DNA of 64,000 nucleotides from Obrimoposthia wandeli (lineage: Eukaryota), in NCBI GenBank assembly GCA_977020255.1, contig CDROCS010002469.1, positions 372,001 through 436,000 on the forward strand, given 5' to 3'. The notes under the pieces are model-generated. The model had not been told where the DNA came from and ran no database searches. It saw only the letters and a program-made list of their open reading frames with translations. Position 1 is the stretch's first letter. Each line of letters begins with the position of its first letter. Positions 10,658 through 20,339 of the stretch are shown here, one piece after another. The translations under genes and the position numbers were made by a program.

Positions 10658-10870
10658 ATCCTTTGGTATGAACCTATAACAGCAGTGACCACTTGATTAT
10701 ATATTGCTGCTGTTTACAATCTAATTACCATTTGATTCCACCCCTCTTAACAACGGCCTTCCGATCATTACTTAAAAGTAAAATTATCCGCTTCAAATTA
10801 AGCACTTATGACTGACTATTTTTTAGCTATCCCTATTAAATTTGTTTTTTAACTATTTTTTTCCCTGCTA

Positions 10871-10886
10871 TGTAACTTAAGTCACT
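10871..10886. promoter_or_regulatory. Candidate Crp-family operator upstream of the DUF2892 genes
   Basis: TGTAA-CTTAAG-TCACT matches TGTGA-N6-TCACA at 8 of 10 positions, about 55 bp upstream of the DUF2892 ATG. Confidence 0.45.
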
Positions 10887-10940
10887 GATCTAATCTGAAA
10901 ATAAGCGTCTACTAAAGCTATTACTTAATTGGAGATAGAT

Positions 10941-11135
10941 ATGTTTAATAATGTTGGTGGTTTAGATCGTGTACTGCGCATCTCAATAGGCCTTGCTTTA
11001 ATCACTATGGCCATTCAAGGAATGTACACCCCGTACACATGGGTAGGTTTTGTTCCATTAATAACCGGGCTACTTTCAAGCTGCCCGCTTTATAAAGTGA
11101 TTGGCCTTAATAGCTGCCCAATTAAAAAAGGTTAA
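10941..11135 (+). CDS. DUF2892 (YgaP-like) small membrane protein
   Basis: NVGGLDRVLRI...GFVPLITGLLSSCPLYKVIGLNSCP signature, with GGAG SD before ATG 10941. Confidence 0.85.
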   Translation: MFNNVGGLDRVLRISIGLALITMAIQGMYTPYTWVGFVPLITGLLSSCPLYKVIGLNSCPIKKG

Positions 11136-11137
11136 TC

Positions 11138-11340
11138 ATGACAATTGATAGAGTCGTTTTGGCCTTTGCAAGCGTCATGATATTCCTTGGTCTATCACTA
11201 GGTTTATATGTTCACCCTTATGGCTTTGCTTTAGTTTTTTTGTTGCGGCTAATATGCTACAAGCAGCCTTCACTCGGTTTTGCTTAGTAGCAATTATTCT
11301 GAAAAAACTTGGGGTTATTCCCGGCAAAGCCTTTTTTTAA
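11138..11340 (+). pseudogene. Second DUF2892 protein, -1 frameshift in a T7 tract
   Basis: [33 protein letters not shown], then in another frame [33 protein letters not shown]. Adding one T at 11235-11241 restores a 67-aa ORF. Confidence 0.75.
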
Positions 11341-11682
11341 TTTACCGCATACATAGGGATATCGCTGTACTTTAGCCGCCTATCCTTAGTGTCACTTATG
11401 ATGATTGAAGTCTTGTATTGATGTGGCATCAATCATCTATTGATTCAATTAACGGCAATTACGCCATTAAAACAGTTAAGACCAAAGTTACTTGCTTAAT
11501 GTATCAACCATCCTTACTGCGCTGGTAACAAATAAGCCTAATTTCAAAAGGTGAAACTAAACACACCTTAATTGCACGCTATCTAGAAAAGTTGGGAAAA
11601 TTTACCCACAGCAGTAAACTTTACCGCGTATTAAAATACAACTTTTAACAATATACAAAACTCTATTAAGCGTTGTCTATGT

Positions 11683-13464
11683 TTAAGATGAGCACTGCTT
11701 AGCATAACCTTGAATACGTGAGGATTGTTGCAGTGAGTAATAATTATCTATATGACTAATAACCATAGAATTACCTGCATAGCTTTTTGCTGCATGCTTC
11801 AAAGGTGATAATTGACTGGAGATTTCAAAGTGATTAAGATTGTCATCTTCTTTGATTTCTAAAGCCGCAATGGACACCGAAGCGATTTGATGAAACCTCT
11901 CAACGCCGTATCTATCTTTACTTGATATACCACCCGCTTTGAGGTGTTCAGGGTAATAAAGCGCTGCGACCATCGTATCAAAATGTTTAATCGCATCTTG
12001 GATACGTTGCTGCCAATTATCACTATTATAAATGGCAATAAAATCATCACCGCCAATGTGTCCTACTGTATCTTTTTCTATGTTGCAAAATTTTTGCAAA
12101 CTCAACCCTAAAGCCAAGATCACTTGGTCACCTTTAGCAAATCCATATACATCGTTATAAGGCTTAAAGTTATCTATATCAAAATGCACAACCGCAAACT
12201 CATTATTACTTTTCACTAGCTGATCAATACAATCATTAACTGGAATTAAGCCTGGTAATTGGGTCAAAGGATTGGCATATCTCGCTTGGTTTACTTGTAA
12301 TTCTGTTACTTGCTTTAATAAGTCAATAACATGCGCAATGCCTATGAACTTATCATCTTCGCAAATAACAAAGTCATCTTCTTGCTGATAACGGGCACGC
12401 GAAGTGACTAAACGACTGACCTGTTCGATACTCAAACTGGCATCTACAACTAAAGGAATAGATTCCATTACCACTTCACTCGCTTTCTTATTGGAATATA
12501 ATTCTCTACCAAATGGTTTGATTAGCTTACCTTGCAAATTTTCACGTGAAACTAAACCTAAAATACGTTGATTACTCAGAACGGCAATTGAGTTTATCGA
12601 AGGCTTATCTTGAAAAATTTCAGCTAACTGAGAGACAGTATGATTCACATCTACCGCTATTTTATGGACCGACAAGCTTTTAGCCCTCACCGTTTTACTC
12701 ACGATCTTTGGGCTTTCAGCATTAACATCGATTATTTGTAATTTTGTTGGTGGAGTAAGTTGTGGCCGACAAAAGTAGTATCCTTGGAAATAATCAATGC
12801 TCAATTTTGATAAGTACTGAAATTCTGATTCAGTCTCTACACCCTCAGCAATGACTTTGCATTGCATTGACTTTGCAATTTCGACAAAAGAGCGCACAAA
12901 CTCCTGTTTAATAAGATCTAAATCGATATCTTGAATGAAATGGCGGTCAATTTTTACAAATTCAGGCCGTGATTTTGACCACAATTGCAAAGAAGAATAA
13001 CCCGCACCTAAATCATCAAGCGCGATTGAAAGCCCCATCTTTTGATAGTGGCGTAGCGCATTCAATAAAGTAGCTTCATCGCTACAGGGAAACTGTTCTG
13101 TTAACTCGATAACAACTTGACTTGTAGCTAACCCATAGCTATCTAACAAACGTATCGTTTGCCCATTCTGATGACTGGCTTGCTCTAGAGATTCAGGTGA
13201 TATATTGATAAACAACTTGCCTGGTAACTGTTGCTTAACGAAGCCTAGTATCGATTTCTCCCGACACAAGGATTCAATTTCATTGAGCAAACCAAATTGA
13301 CGAGCGTATTCAAATAATTGATTAGGGGAATGAAGAGGGCTATTTGAAGGGCCTCGACTCAGCGCTTCATAAGCAAATATTTCGCCACTGTAGCGGTCAA
13401 ATATCGGTTGATACAAACTCGTAATTGCACCTGTTGCCAGTATTTTTTGTAGTTCTTCTAACAT
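11683..13464 (-). CDS. EAL-CBS-GGDEF c-di-GMP enzyme
   Basis: N-terminal EAL domain (YEALSRG, DDLGAGYSS, AEGVE, QGYY), central CBS-like pair, and C-terminal GGDEF domain with HIGGDDF. Confidence 0.88.
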   Translation of the reverse strand: MLEELQKILATGAITSLYQPIFDRYSGEIFAYEALSRGPSNSPLHSPNQLFEYARQFGLLNEIESLCREKSILGFVKQQLPGKLFINISPESLEQASHQNGQTIRLLDSYGLATSQVVIELTEQFPCSDEATLLNALRHYQKMGLSIALDDLGAGYSSLQLWSKSRPEFVKIDRHFIQDIDLDLIKQEFVRSFVEIAKSMQCKVIAEGVETESEFQYLSKLSIDYFQGYYFCRPQLTPPTKLQIIDVNAESPKIVSKTVRAKSLSVHKIAVDVNHTVSQLAEIFQDKPSINSIAVLSNQRILGLVSRENLQGKLIKPFGRELYSNKKASEVVMESIPLVVDASLSIEQVSRLVTSRARYQQEDDFVICEDDKFIGIAHVIDLLKQVTELQVNQARYANPLTQLPGLIPVNDCIDQLVKSNNEFAVVHFDIDNFKPYNDVYGFAKGDQVILALGLSLQKFCNIEKDTVGHIGGDDFIAIYNSDNWQQRIQDAIKHFDTMVAALYYPEHLKAGGISSKDRYGVERFHQIASVSIAALEIKEDDNLNHFEISSQLSPLKHAAKSYAGNSMVISHIDNYYSLQQSSRIQGYAKQCSS

Positions 13465-13670
13465 ATCTACCTACTTCGCTATAATTTCAATAATTAACTA
13501 ATAGGTAGATTAAATGACAAATATATGACAACTTAATGACAGTGCATAAAATAAGCGAAGGATTTTTAAATTTAGGATAAAAAACAAATACTTAACCTAA
13601 TTTTATATAATTAAGCTGTAATATAAAATGTTAGCTTGTTAAGAGAAACATCGATAAAAATTTTTCATAT

Positions 13671-14123
13671 TTAAACTTCTTTTTCAGTGAAGACCATCAT
13701 CATAGATGGATTTGTTTGTGGTTCATGAAATCGATAAGCATTAACTGAATGCCCTATTACTTGCTCAATTAAAGATTTAATTTTCATCGCCTTGTTAAGG
13801 TCACCATGATTAAAAAAGATGTGACTAGGCGAATTTTTAGATCCTTTTAAAGCAGGAATTGTGGCAGCAGTTTGCATATCAACGTTGTAGCCATGCTCTT
13901 TAAAAAAGAATGTGAGTGCTTCTGCCTCAGGTTTTTTAGTAGGAAAATAATAAACAGTAATCTTATAAGCCTGATTCGCTTCCTCTCCTAGCACTACGTT
14001 AGATGCGATTTCTTTTTCTGGAAATAATAATGATTTATTGACTGAAAAAATCACTAAAATAAAAAATACTAAGCAAATAATAACCACCCAAAATTGACTA
14101 GAACTTTCCTTTTTCATCTTCAT
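13671..14123 (-). CDS. Hypothetical membrane-anchored protein (possible LytR_C-like domain)
   Basis: 150 aa; a single N-terminal TM (FWVVIICLVFFILVIFSV) followed by an alpha/beta domain. Confidence 0.55.
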   Translation of the reverse strand: MKMKKESSSQFWVVIICLVFFILVIFSVNKSLLFPEKEIASNVVLGEEANQAYKITVYYFPTKKPEAEALTFFFKEHGYNVDMQTAATIPALKGSKNSPSHIFFNHGDLNKAMKIKSLIEQVIGHSVNAYRFHEPQTNPSMMMVFTEKEV

Positions 14124-14254
14124 AAAATATTTTCCAAAACAAGTAGCTTATTAATTATATTAGTATAGTTGTAAATATTTTTTAAGCATCGTTTAATAGC
14201 GGCATCAAGCATATATTTCAATTAAAAGATCACGGAAATTAACATTTTATCGAT

Positions 14255-15250
14255 ATGAATGAATTTGAACCCGCAGCTGGATTAAAAAACCGACACTTGC
14301 AAACCTTATACTCAACTCTATTTAGAAAGCGCCCTTTAAAAAACTTTGATATTGAGATGTTTGAACTTAAAGATGGCGATTTCGTTGACTGTTATTGGTT
14401 ACAAAAGCCTCATATTAATACGCATAAGCCTATCGTTATATTATTTCACGGTCTAACGGGCTCATTCCATTCTTCATATATTCAAGGAATGATGTTACAT
14501 CTTGAGGATCTAGGATATGACTGCGTTCTCATGCATTTTAGAGGATGCTCACTTAGGTTAAATCGCTCGGCAAAAGCTTATCATGCCGGCGACACCACTG
14601 ACGCCATCGCTTGGACTAATCACTTAAAAGAACAATATCCTAATAGCCCATTGTTTGCTATTGGCTACTCTTTAGGTGCTAATATGCTATTGAACCTACT
14701 TGCCCAACTTAATATTAACTCACCTTTTACCGCTGCTGTGGCGGTATCTGCCCCGTTAGAATTAGCGGTTAGCGCAGAGACACTAAAAACAGGCTTTGCA
14801 AAAGTTTATCAACATCATTTATTAAAAGCGCTGAAAAAAAGCTTACTTAAAAAGTATGCCTTTCATGATTATCTTGAACTGATAAACCTGAGTAAAAAAC
14901 AAGTACAATCTTTTACCAGTATTGAACAGTTTGATGATTTATTTACCGCAAAAATACATGGTTTTTGTAACGCAAAAGAATACTATAAAGTGTGCAGCGC
15001 GAAACAATACTTAGGCGATATATCGACTAATACTCTTATTATTAACGCACTAGATGATCCATTTATGAAGCCCGAAGTATTACCTATATCGAGTACCTTA
15101 AAACACAATATATGCTTGGAAACACCAAAATACGGTGGTCATTTAGGGTTCATTAGTGGCAGTGTTTTTAAGCCGCAATACTGGCTAGAAAAGCGAATAT
15201 CCGGTTATTTTGAAGCGGTTACTGTAAAAAAAGAAACAGCGAATTTTTAA
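14255..15250 (+). CDS. yheT: YheT family alpha/beta hydrolase
   Basis: Motifs NRHLQTL, FHGLTGS, GYSLGAN (nucleophile Ser), NALDDPF and GGHLGF. Confidence 0.85.
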   Translation: MNEFEPAAGLKNRHLQTLYSTLFRKRPLKNFDIEMFELKDGDFVDCYWLQKPHINTHKPIVILFHGLTGSFHSSYIQGMMLHLEDLGYDCVLMHFRGCSLRLNRSAKAYHAGDTTDAIAWTNHLKEQYPNSPLFAIGYSLGANMLLNLLAQLNINSPFTAAVAVSAPLELAVSAETLKTGFAKVYQHHLLKALKKSLLKKYAFHDYLELINLSKKQVQSFTSIEQFDDLFTAKIHGFCNAKEYYKVCSAKQYLGDISTNTLIINALDDPFMKPEVLPISSTLKHNICLETPKYGGHLGFISGSVFKPQYWLEKRISGYFEAVTVKKETANF

Positions 15251-15319
15251 TCATAGGCGGACCAACCGAAATTTACCTTTTTTAAATAAATCTCGGCTAG
15301 TTTACTTTCTGTAAGCTGA

Positions 15320-15802
15320 TTAAGAGCTCAGTGGTACAACCAATACCGGTACATCTGAATGGCGCATTACTTTATTGGCAGTTGAGCCCATAAAGAACTG
15401 CTTAGTAGCACTGTGTGTACGTGTTCCCATCACTACCATATCAGCGTTTACTTTCTCTGCCACTTCAATGATTTTACGATGAATAATACCTTCTGCCAGC
15501 ACAGTATCGAACTCTGGCTTATAGGCAGAGTTTTCTAACTCCGAGCTACAAAATGCTTTAATTCTATCAGAAATAATTTGTTTTAAATTAGCAACTCCAT
15601 CACTTTGTAACAAGCTGTAGGCATCAGCTGATAAAGTGCTTTCTAGTGTTACTTTCACTGAATCAGGAATGGGCTCTATTACATGTAAAAAAGTAACTTT
15701 TGCATCATATTGCTCAGCCAAACTCACAGCCATACGAAAGGCAGGTCTTGAACCTTCACCAATATCAGAGACGTATAATATTTTCTTAATACTTGGAATC
15801 AT
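15320..15802 (-). CDS. Universal stress protein (UspA family)
   Basis: KKILYVSD at the N-terminus and DMVVMGTR...MGSTANKVMRHSDVPVLVVP at the C-terminus. GAGG SD before ATG 15802. Confidence 0.9.
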   Translation of the reverse strand: MIPSIKKILYVSDIGEGSRPAFRMAVSLAEQYDAKVTFLHVIEPIPDSVKVTLESTLSADAYSLLQSDGVANLKQIISDRIKAFCSSELENSAYKPEFDTVLAEGIIHRKIIEVAEKVNADMVVMGTRTHSATKQFFMGSTANKVMRHSDVPVLVVPLSS

Positions 15803-16104
15803 AATTTCCTCACAAAAATTGACTTTCAATTACATAATTATAAACCAAGCACTTACTAAACACAGTGACCTAAATCAAGATCTGAGTAATCTGCTTTCAG
15901 ATGTCTCACCTAAATTCTTGTTACTAAGCTGATTCTAAGAGAATCATATATTTATTTCGTTATCTACTCTTTATAACGGATCCACACGTATTGCTTTATA
16001 AAATCGATTTAAAGAATACTCTGCAAACGAGCAACACTGAACTTATCTTGATTTGCCATGGATATAGCGCTAATCTTTCTGCAAATTCCAATCGAGGTTA
16101 TGTT

Positions 16105-17715
16105 GTGGCTAAGAACATCTTATTTATTATGTGCGACCAACTCAGGTTTGATTATCTAAGCTGCTACGGCCACCCTCACTTACAGACACCACATATTGAT
16201 GCACTCGCTGCTAAAGGCGTGAAATTTGAAAATGCTTATGTGCAATCTCCTATTTGCGGCCCTTCACGAATGAGTTACTACACAGGCCGCTATGTACGTT
16301 CTCATGGCTCAACTTGGAACGGAACACCGCTTCGAATAGGAGAACCTACCTTAGGAGATCATTTAAAAGAAATCGGTGTGCGAAATGTACTGTTGGGAAA
16401 AACCCATATGCGCGCTGACATAGATGGTATGCACAAACTTGGCATTGATCCTAACTCCGAAATAGGTATATTCAATTCTCAATGTGGCTTTGAAGTTTAC
16501 GAAAGAGACGATGGTTTACACCCTGATAAGTATCACGGACCTGGCCCTTTATATAACAAATACCTTAATGATAATGGATTTGAGGGCAATAACCCTTGGC
16601 AGTCATGGGCAAATTCAGCTCAGGGCGATAGCGGAGAGCTTCTTTCTGGCTGGCTCATGAAAAATGCAGGCAAACCAGCACGTATACCTGAGTACTTTTC
16701 AGAAACACCCTATTTAACTCGCCGTGCTATGCAGTTCATTGATGAAGCAGATGATACGCCTTGGTGCTTACATCTGTCCTACATAAAGCCACACTGGCCT
16801 TACATGGCGCCTGCTCCTTATCACAACATGTATGGTGAGCAACATATAATGCCGCTTAATCGCACAGAACAAGAACGAGAAGCAGCCCATCCGCTACATA
16901 AAGCGTATATGGAACACTTTGTTTCAAGAACATTTTCCCGCGATAATACTCGAGCAACGGTCATCCCCACTTATATGGGGTTAATCAAACAAATAGATGA
17001 TCAAATGGGTATTTTATTTGCTCATTTGCAAGACAGCGGTAAAGCCGATGAGACTATGATCGTTTTCACTTCTGATCACGGCGATTATCTAGGTGATCAC
17101 TGGATGGGCGAAAAAGAACTGTTTCATGAAGAATCCGTTAAAGTCCCGCTTATTATTTATAACCCTGATAAAAGTACTGATGCAACGCGTGGTACTGTAT
17201 CCACTGAACTTATTGAAGCGATCGACCTAGCGCCCACATTTATTGAATATATGGGCGGCCAACCGAAGTATAACGTGTTAGAAGGACACTCTTTACTGGC
17301 TCTGCTAACTGGAGATAAGCAACGTTTAAGACAATACTCTTTTTCTGAATATGATTATTCAATGCGCCAAGCCAGCACCACACTTCAAGTAGATATTGCT
17401 GATGCGAGAATGATTATGGTGCGTGACGAGCGCTATAAATTCACTTACGTACAAGGCATGCGGCCAATGTTGTATGATTTACAACAAGATCCAAAAGAAC
17501 AACATGACCTTGCACTTAATACAGCATACTCTAAACACTGTAATCGATTTGAAAGTGCAATGACTCAATGGGCCTTAAAACACCACAATCGTATTACTAT
17601 TAGCGACCAACAAATTGATAACAACCGTGGTAAAGAAGTTAATTCCGGCATTTTAATCGGCTATTGGGATCAACAAGAGTTAAATCAAGCAAAGCTAAAT
17701 GGCGCTGATTTGTAA
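16105..17715 (+). CDS. Cytoplasmic Cys-type arylsulfatase (alkaline phosphatase superfamily, SpAS1-like clade)
   Basis: NILFIMCDQLR, the formylglycine motif CGPSR, then GKTHM, IKPHWP, SDHG and MGEK. No signal peptide. GAGG SD before GTG 16105. Confidence 0.88.
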   Translation: MAKNILFIMCDQLRFDYLSCYGHPHLQTPHIDALAAKGVKFENAYVQSPICGPSRMSYYTGRYVRSHGSTWNGTPLRIGEPTLGDHLKEIGVRNVLLGKTHMRADIDGMHKLGIDPNSEIGIFNSQCGFEVYERDDGLHPDKYHGPGPLYNKYLNDNGFEGNNPWQSWANSAQGDSGELLSGWLMKNAGKPARIPEYFSETPYLTRRAMQFIDEADDTPWCLHLSYIKPHWPYMAPAPYHNMYGEQHIMPLNRTEQEREAAHPLHKAYMEHFVSRTFSRDNTRATVIPTYMGLIKQIDDQMGILFAHLQDSGKADETMIVFTSDHGDYLGDHWMGEKELFHEESVKVPLIIYNPDKSTDATRGTVSTELIEAIDLAPTFIEYMGGQPKYNVLEGHSLLALLTGDKQRLRQYSFSEYDYSMRQASTTLQVDIADARMIMVRDERYKFTYVQGMRPMLYDLQQDPKEQHDLALNTAYSKHCNRFESAMTQWALKHHNRITISDQQIDNNRGKEVNSGILIGYWDQQELNQAKLNGADL

Positions 17716-17722
17716 AGCTAAT

Positions 17723-17756
17723 TTCGAATTGGTCACTTTTTTAGTGACATTTCGAA
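17723..17756 (+). terminator. Hairpin after the sulfatase gene
   Basis: TTCGAA..GTCACT-TTTTT-AGTGAC..TTCGAA, starting 8 nt after the stop codon. Confidence 0.45.
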
Positions 17757-17835
17757 TGATTAGTTACAGGTAAAACCACAGCTTTCAAAGCAAGCTATTT
17801 ATAAATAGCAATTGATATCCTTTGGGGATAAATTT

Positions 17836-18975
17836 ATGTTGTATAGAAAAATATCTTTGAAAGCTTGTTTAGCCACACTGTTGCTTTTTCCATTAATTAG
17901 CCTCTCAGTTTTCGCATTAGAAGTCACTGTGCTTACTGATCAATTAAAATCCCCCTGGGCTCTTGCTATAGTACCTAATAGTGAACAAATACTGATCACC
18001 GAAAAAAAAGGGCGTTTGCTACGCTTTAACATGGACGATAGGCAGCTTAAAGTGATTGCAACCATCCCTACTGTCAAAGTATTAGGGCAAGGTGGTTTAA
18101 TGGATATTGCATTAGCACCTGATTTTGAGGAAAGTGCCAAGCTATTTTTCACTTACGCTAAAGCGCAAAGCAATGGTGCTGCAACTACCCTTGCCAGCGC
18201 TAAATTACAAAAGAAAGCCAATGGCTGGTCTCTTACTAATTGGCAAGATTTGCTCATTACTCAACCGAGCAGTAATAGCGGCAGGCATTTTGGAAGCCGC
18301 ATCGCATTTGATAATGACAATCATGTATTTTTTTCAGTGGGCGATAGAGGGGAACGAGCAAGTGCGCAAAATTTAAGCACTCACACTGGCAGTATTTTGC
18401 GATTAAACTTAGATGGATCGACACCCACAGACAACCCGTTCATCAATAATCCTCAACACTTACCTGAAATATACTCTTATGGCCATCGTAACCCACAGGG
18501 GTTAACTTTTATAGAAAACAGTAATCAATTGCTGGCGGTAGAACATGGCCCTAGGGGAGGTGATGAAATCAACTTAATATTAGCGGGAAATAATTACGGC
18601 TGGCCCATTATTTCTTTTGGCAAAGAATACTGGGGGCCAGTTGCTGTAGGTAAAGGCACTGCTCAAAAGGGTATGCAACAACCTTTAATGCAATATACTC
18701 CTTCTATTGCGCCTTCAAGCTTAATTTATTATCAGGATAGTTATTTTCCCAAACTAAAAAATTCTTTTTTGCTTGGCGCTTTAGCATTACGCCACCTAAG
18801 CCAGGTACGTTTTGAGCAACCTATCCAAACAATAGTTACCGCAAAACAGCAACCACATCAAGTCACGCACTGGTTAAAGCGTTTTGAGCGTAGAATTCGA
18901 GATATCACTACTTTAACAGATGGCCGAATTGTCGCTATTAGCGATAGAGGAGAGTTGCTATTAATTGAGAAGTAA
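17836..18975 (+). CDS. PQQ-dependent aldose sugar dehydrogenase (YliI/Asd family)
   Basis: Signal peptide and motifs GQGGLMDI, HFGSRI, YSYGHRNPQG, EHGPRGGDEIN, NYGWP and RIRDI. Confidence 0.88.
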   Translation: MLYRKISLKACLATLLLFPLISLSVFALEVTVLTDQLKSPWALAIVPNSEQILITEKKGRLLRFNMDDRQLKVIATIPTVKVLGQGGLMDIALAPDFEESAKLFFTYAKAQSNGAATTLASAKLQKKANGWSLTNWQDLLITQPSSNSGRHFGSRIAFDNDNHVFFSVGDRGERASAQNLSTHTGSILRLNLDGSTPTDNPFINNPQHLPEIYSYGHRNPQGLTFIENSNQLLAVEHGPRGGDEINLILAGNNYGWPIISFGKEYWGPVAVGKGTAQKGMQQPLMQYTPSIAPSSLIYYQDSYFPKLKNSFLLGALALRHLSQVRFEQPIQTIVTAKQQPHQVTHWLKRFERRIRDITTLTDGRIVAISDRGELLLIEK

Positions 18976-19259
18976 ACAGCAGGCTATTTCAGACATCGTA
19001 CTATCGTTTTACCGCAGTCATATGGTAAAAATGAAACTGAAAAAGTAACGGTGTGACCCCTAGCATTCTATCACTGAAGGAAACAGTGATTAGTACTCAA
19101 AATGCACCGTGTATAACTTTACTGGCTAAGATCGCTGTTATTCTCAATTTCACTCCGTAAGCACATAAGCAGAGGCCAAATCAGCCCATTGAAAGCCATA
19201 TTCCGCTTTTAGACGGAGCTATCCTAAGGTTTTATCAACTAACCTAGCCTGTAAATATT

Positions 19260-20204
19260 TTATAAGGTCAACAGAATGACCAATTTGTTATCATTTTTTG
19301 CTACTCCTCGATAACGTGTTTTCCTAAATCCGAACAAACATTTAATAATCCTAAATGGATGTTCAAAAACAGCACGCACACTCGCATTCATATATTCGAT
19401 TTTAATCACCACTTTATTGATCCTAGAGTGCTCTTTGAGCTTTTTTACCTTACTCGGCTGCTCTGCAATGTACCAATCTAGATGATGATCAGAAAATTCT
19501 TCCCGCTTTTTTGCACCTTTGTATCCAGAATCTGCAAGCACGTATTCTTCATCCCCATGAAGAATACTGTGTGCTTCATTAATGTCATGTTGATTTGCTG
19601 CGATTGTGGTTGTGGTAAAGCTATGCATAAGGCCCAAGTTTACATCAATCCAGATATGCGATTTTCAGGTCGCACTTCCAAAGTACCATTGATTTCCTTT
19701 TTTAGTTTGATGCATTTCTGGGTCTCACATACCTGATTTATTTTTAATTGAACAAAGAGCATTGATATTAGTGGCAACTATAGCGCTACCTTCTTTGAGT
19801 AAGATACCAGCCTCTTCAAGCCAATAATTAATGGCCTCAAAAATCTGACGACCTAACTCGTACCGCTCCAATAAGTGGATAAAGTTCAAAATGGTAGTGC
19901 GATCTGGAATAGCATTCTCGAAAGGAAGCTGAGCAAAGCGACGGATTGTGTTTGTTTCATAAAGGGCATCTTCGGTGGCTAAATCGCTTAAGTTATACCA
20001 CTGTTGGAGGCATTGAATACGTAACATTACACTTAAAGAATAAGGTAGGCGACCATTGCCTCGTTTTGGATAGTAAAATTCAATAATTTCCCCAAGCATT
20101 GCCCAAGGAACGAGTTCGGTCATTCGGCCAAGAAATTCTTCTTTATATGTTTAGTTCTGACTCTTTCTTTGTTTAATGTCGGCAAACCCTAACTGCAATT
20201 CCAT
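19260..20204 (-). pseudogene. IS5 transposase pseudogene
   Basis: One frame throughout: MELQLGFAD...LVPW...MLRIQCLQQWYNLSD...DPEMHQTKKGNQWYFG...ADSGY...EHPFRIIK. In-frame stops start at 20153, 19727 and 19667. The first catalytic Asp (VDAT) reads IVAT. Confidence 0.9.
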
Positions 20205-20267
20205 ATATATTCCGCATAATGGTTCATACAGGATTTTTTTCATAGTAGGGACTTATTCACATCTTCC
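19260..20267 (-). mobile_element. Degenerate IS5-family (IS5 subgroup) insertion sequence
   Basis: Transposase remnant plus a left terminal IR (minus strand GGAAGATGTGAATAAGTCCCT, ending at 20267) directly flanked by CTAG at 20268-20271, the IS5-type target. The other IR is not recognisable, so that boundary is uncertain. Confidence 0.85.
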
Positions 20268-20339
20268 CTAGATATAAAAGCTATTAGGCCTAGAATACTT
20301 TTGTTATCCAATAATCAGGATGATTTTGCGACTCAACCC

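Noticed and set aside
16105-17715. Phosphonate monoester hydrolase call
   Set aside because: It has Lys in GKTHM where PMHs have Tyr (GYTT), and overall resembles the arylsulfatase clade.
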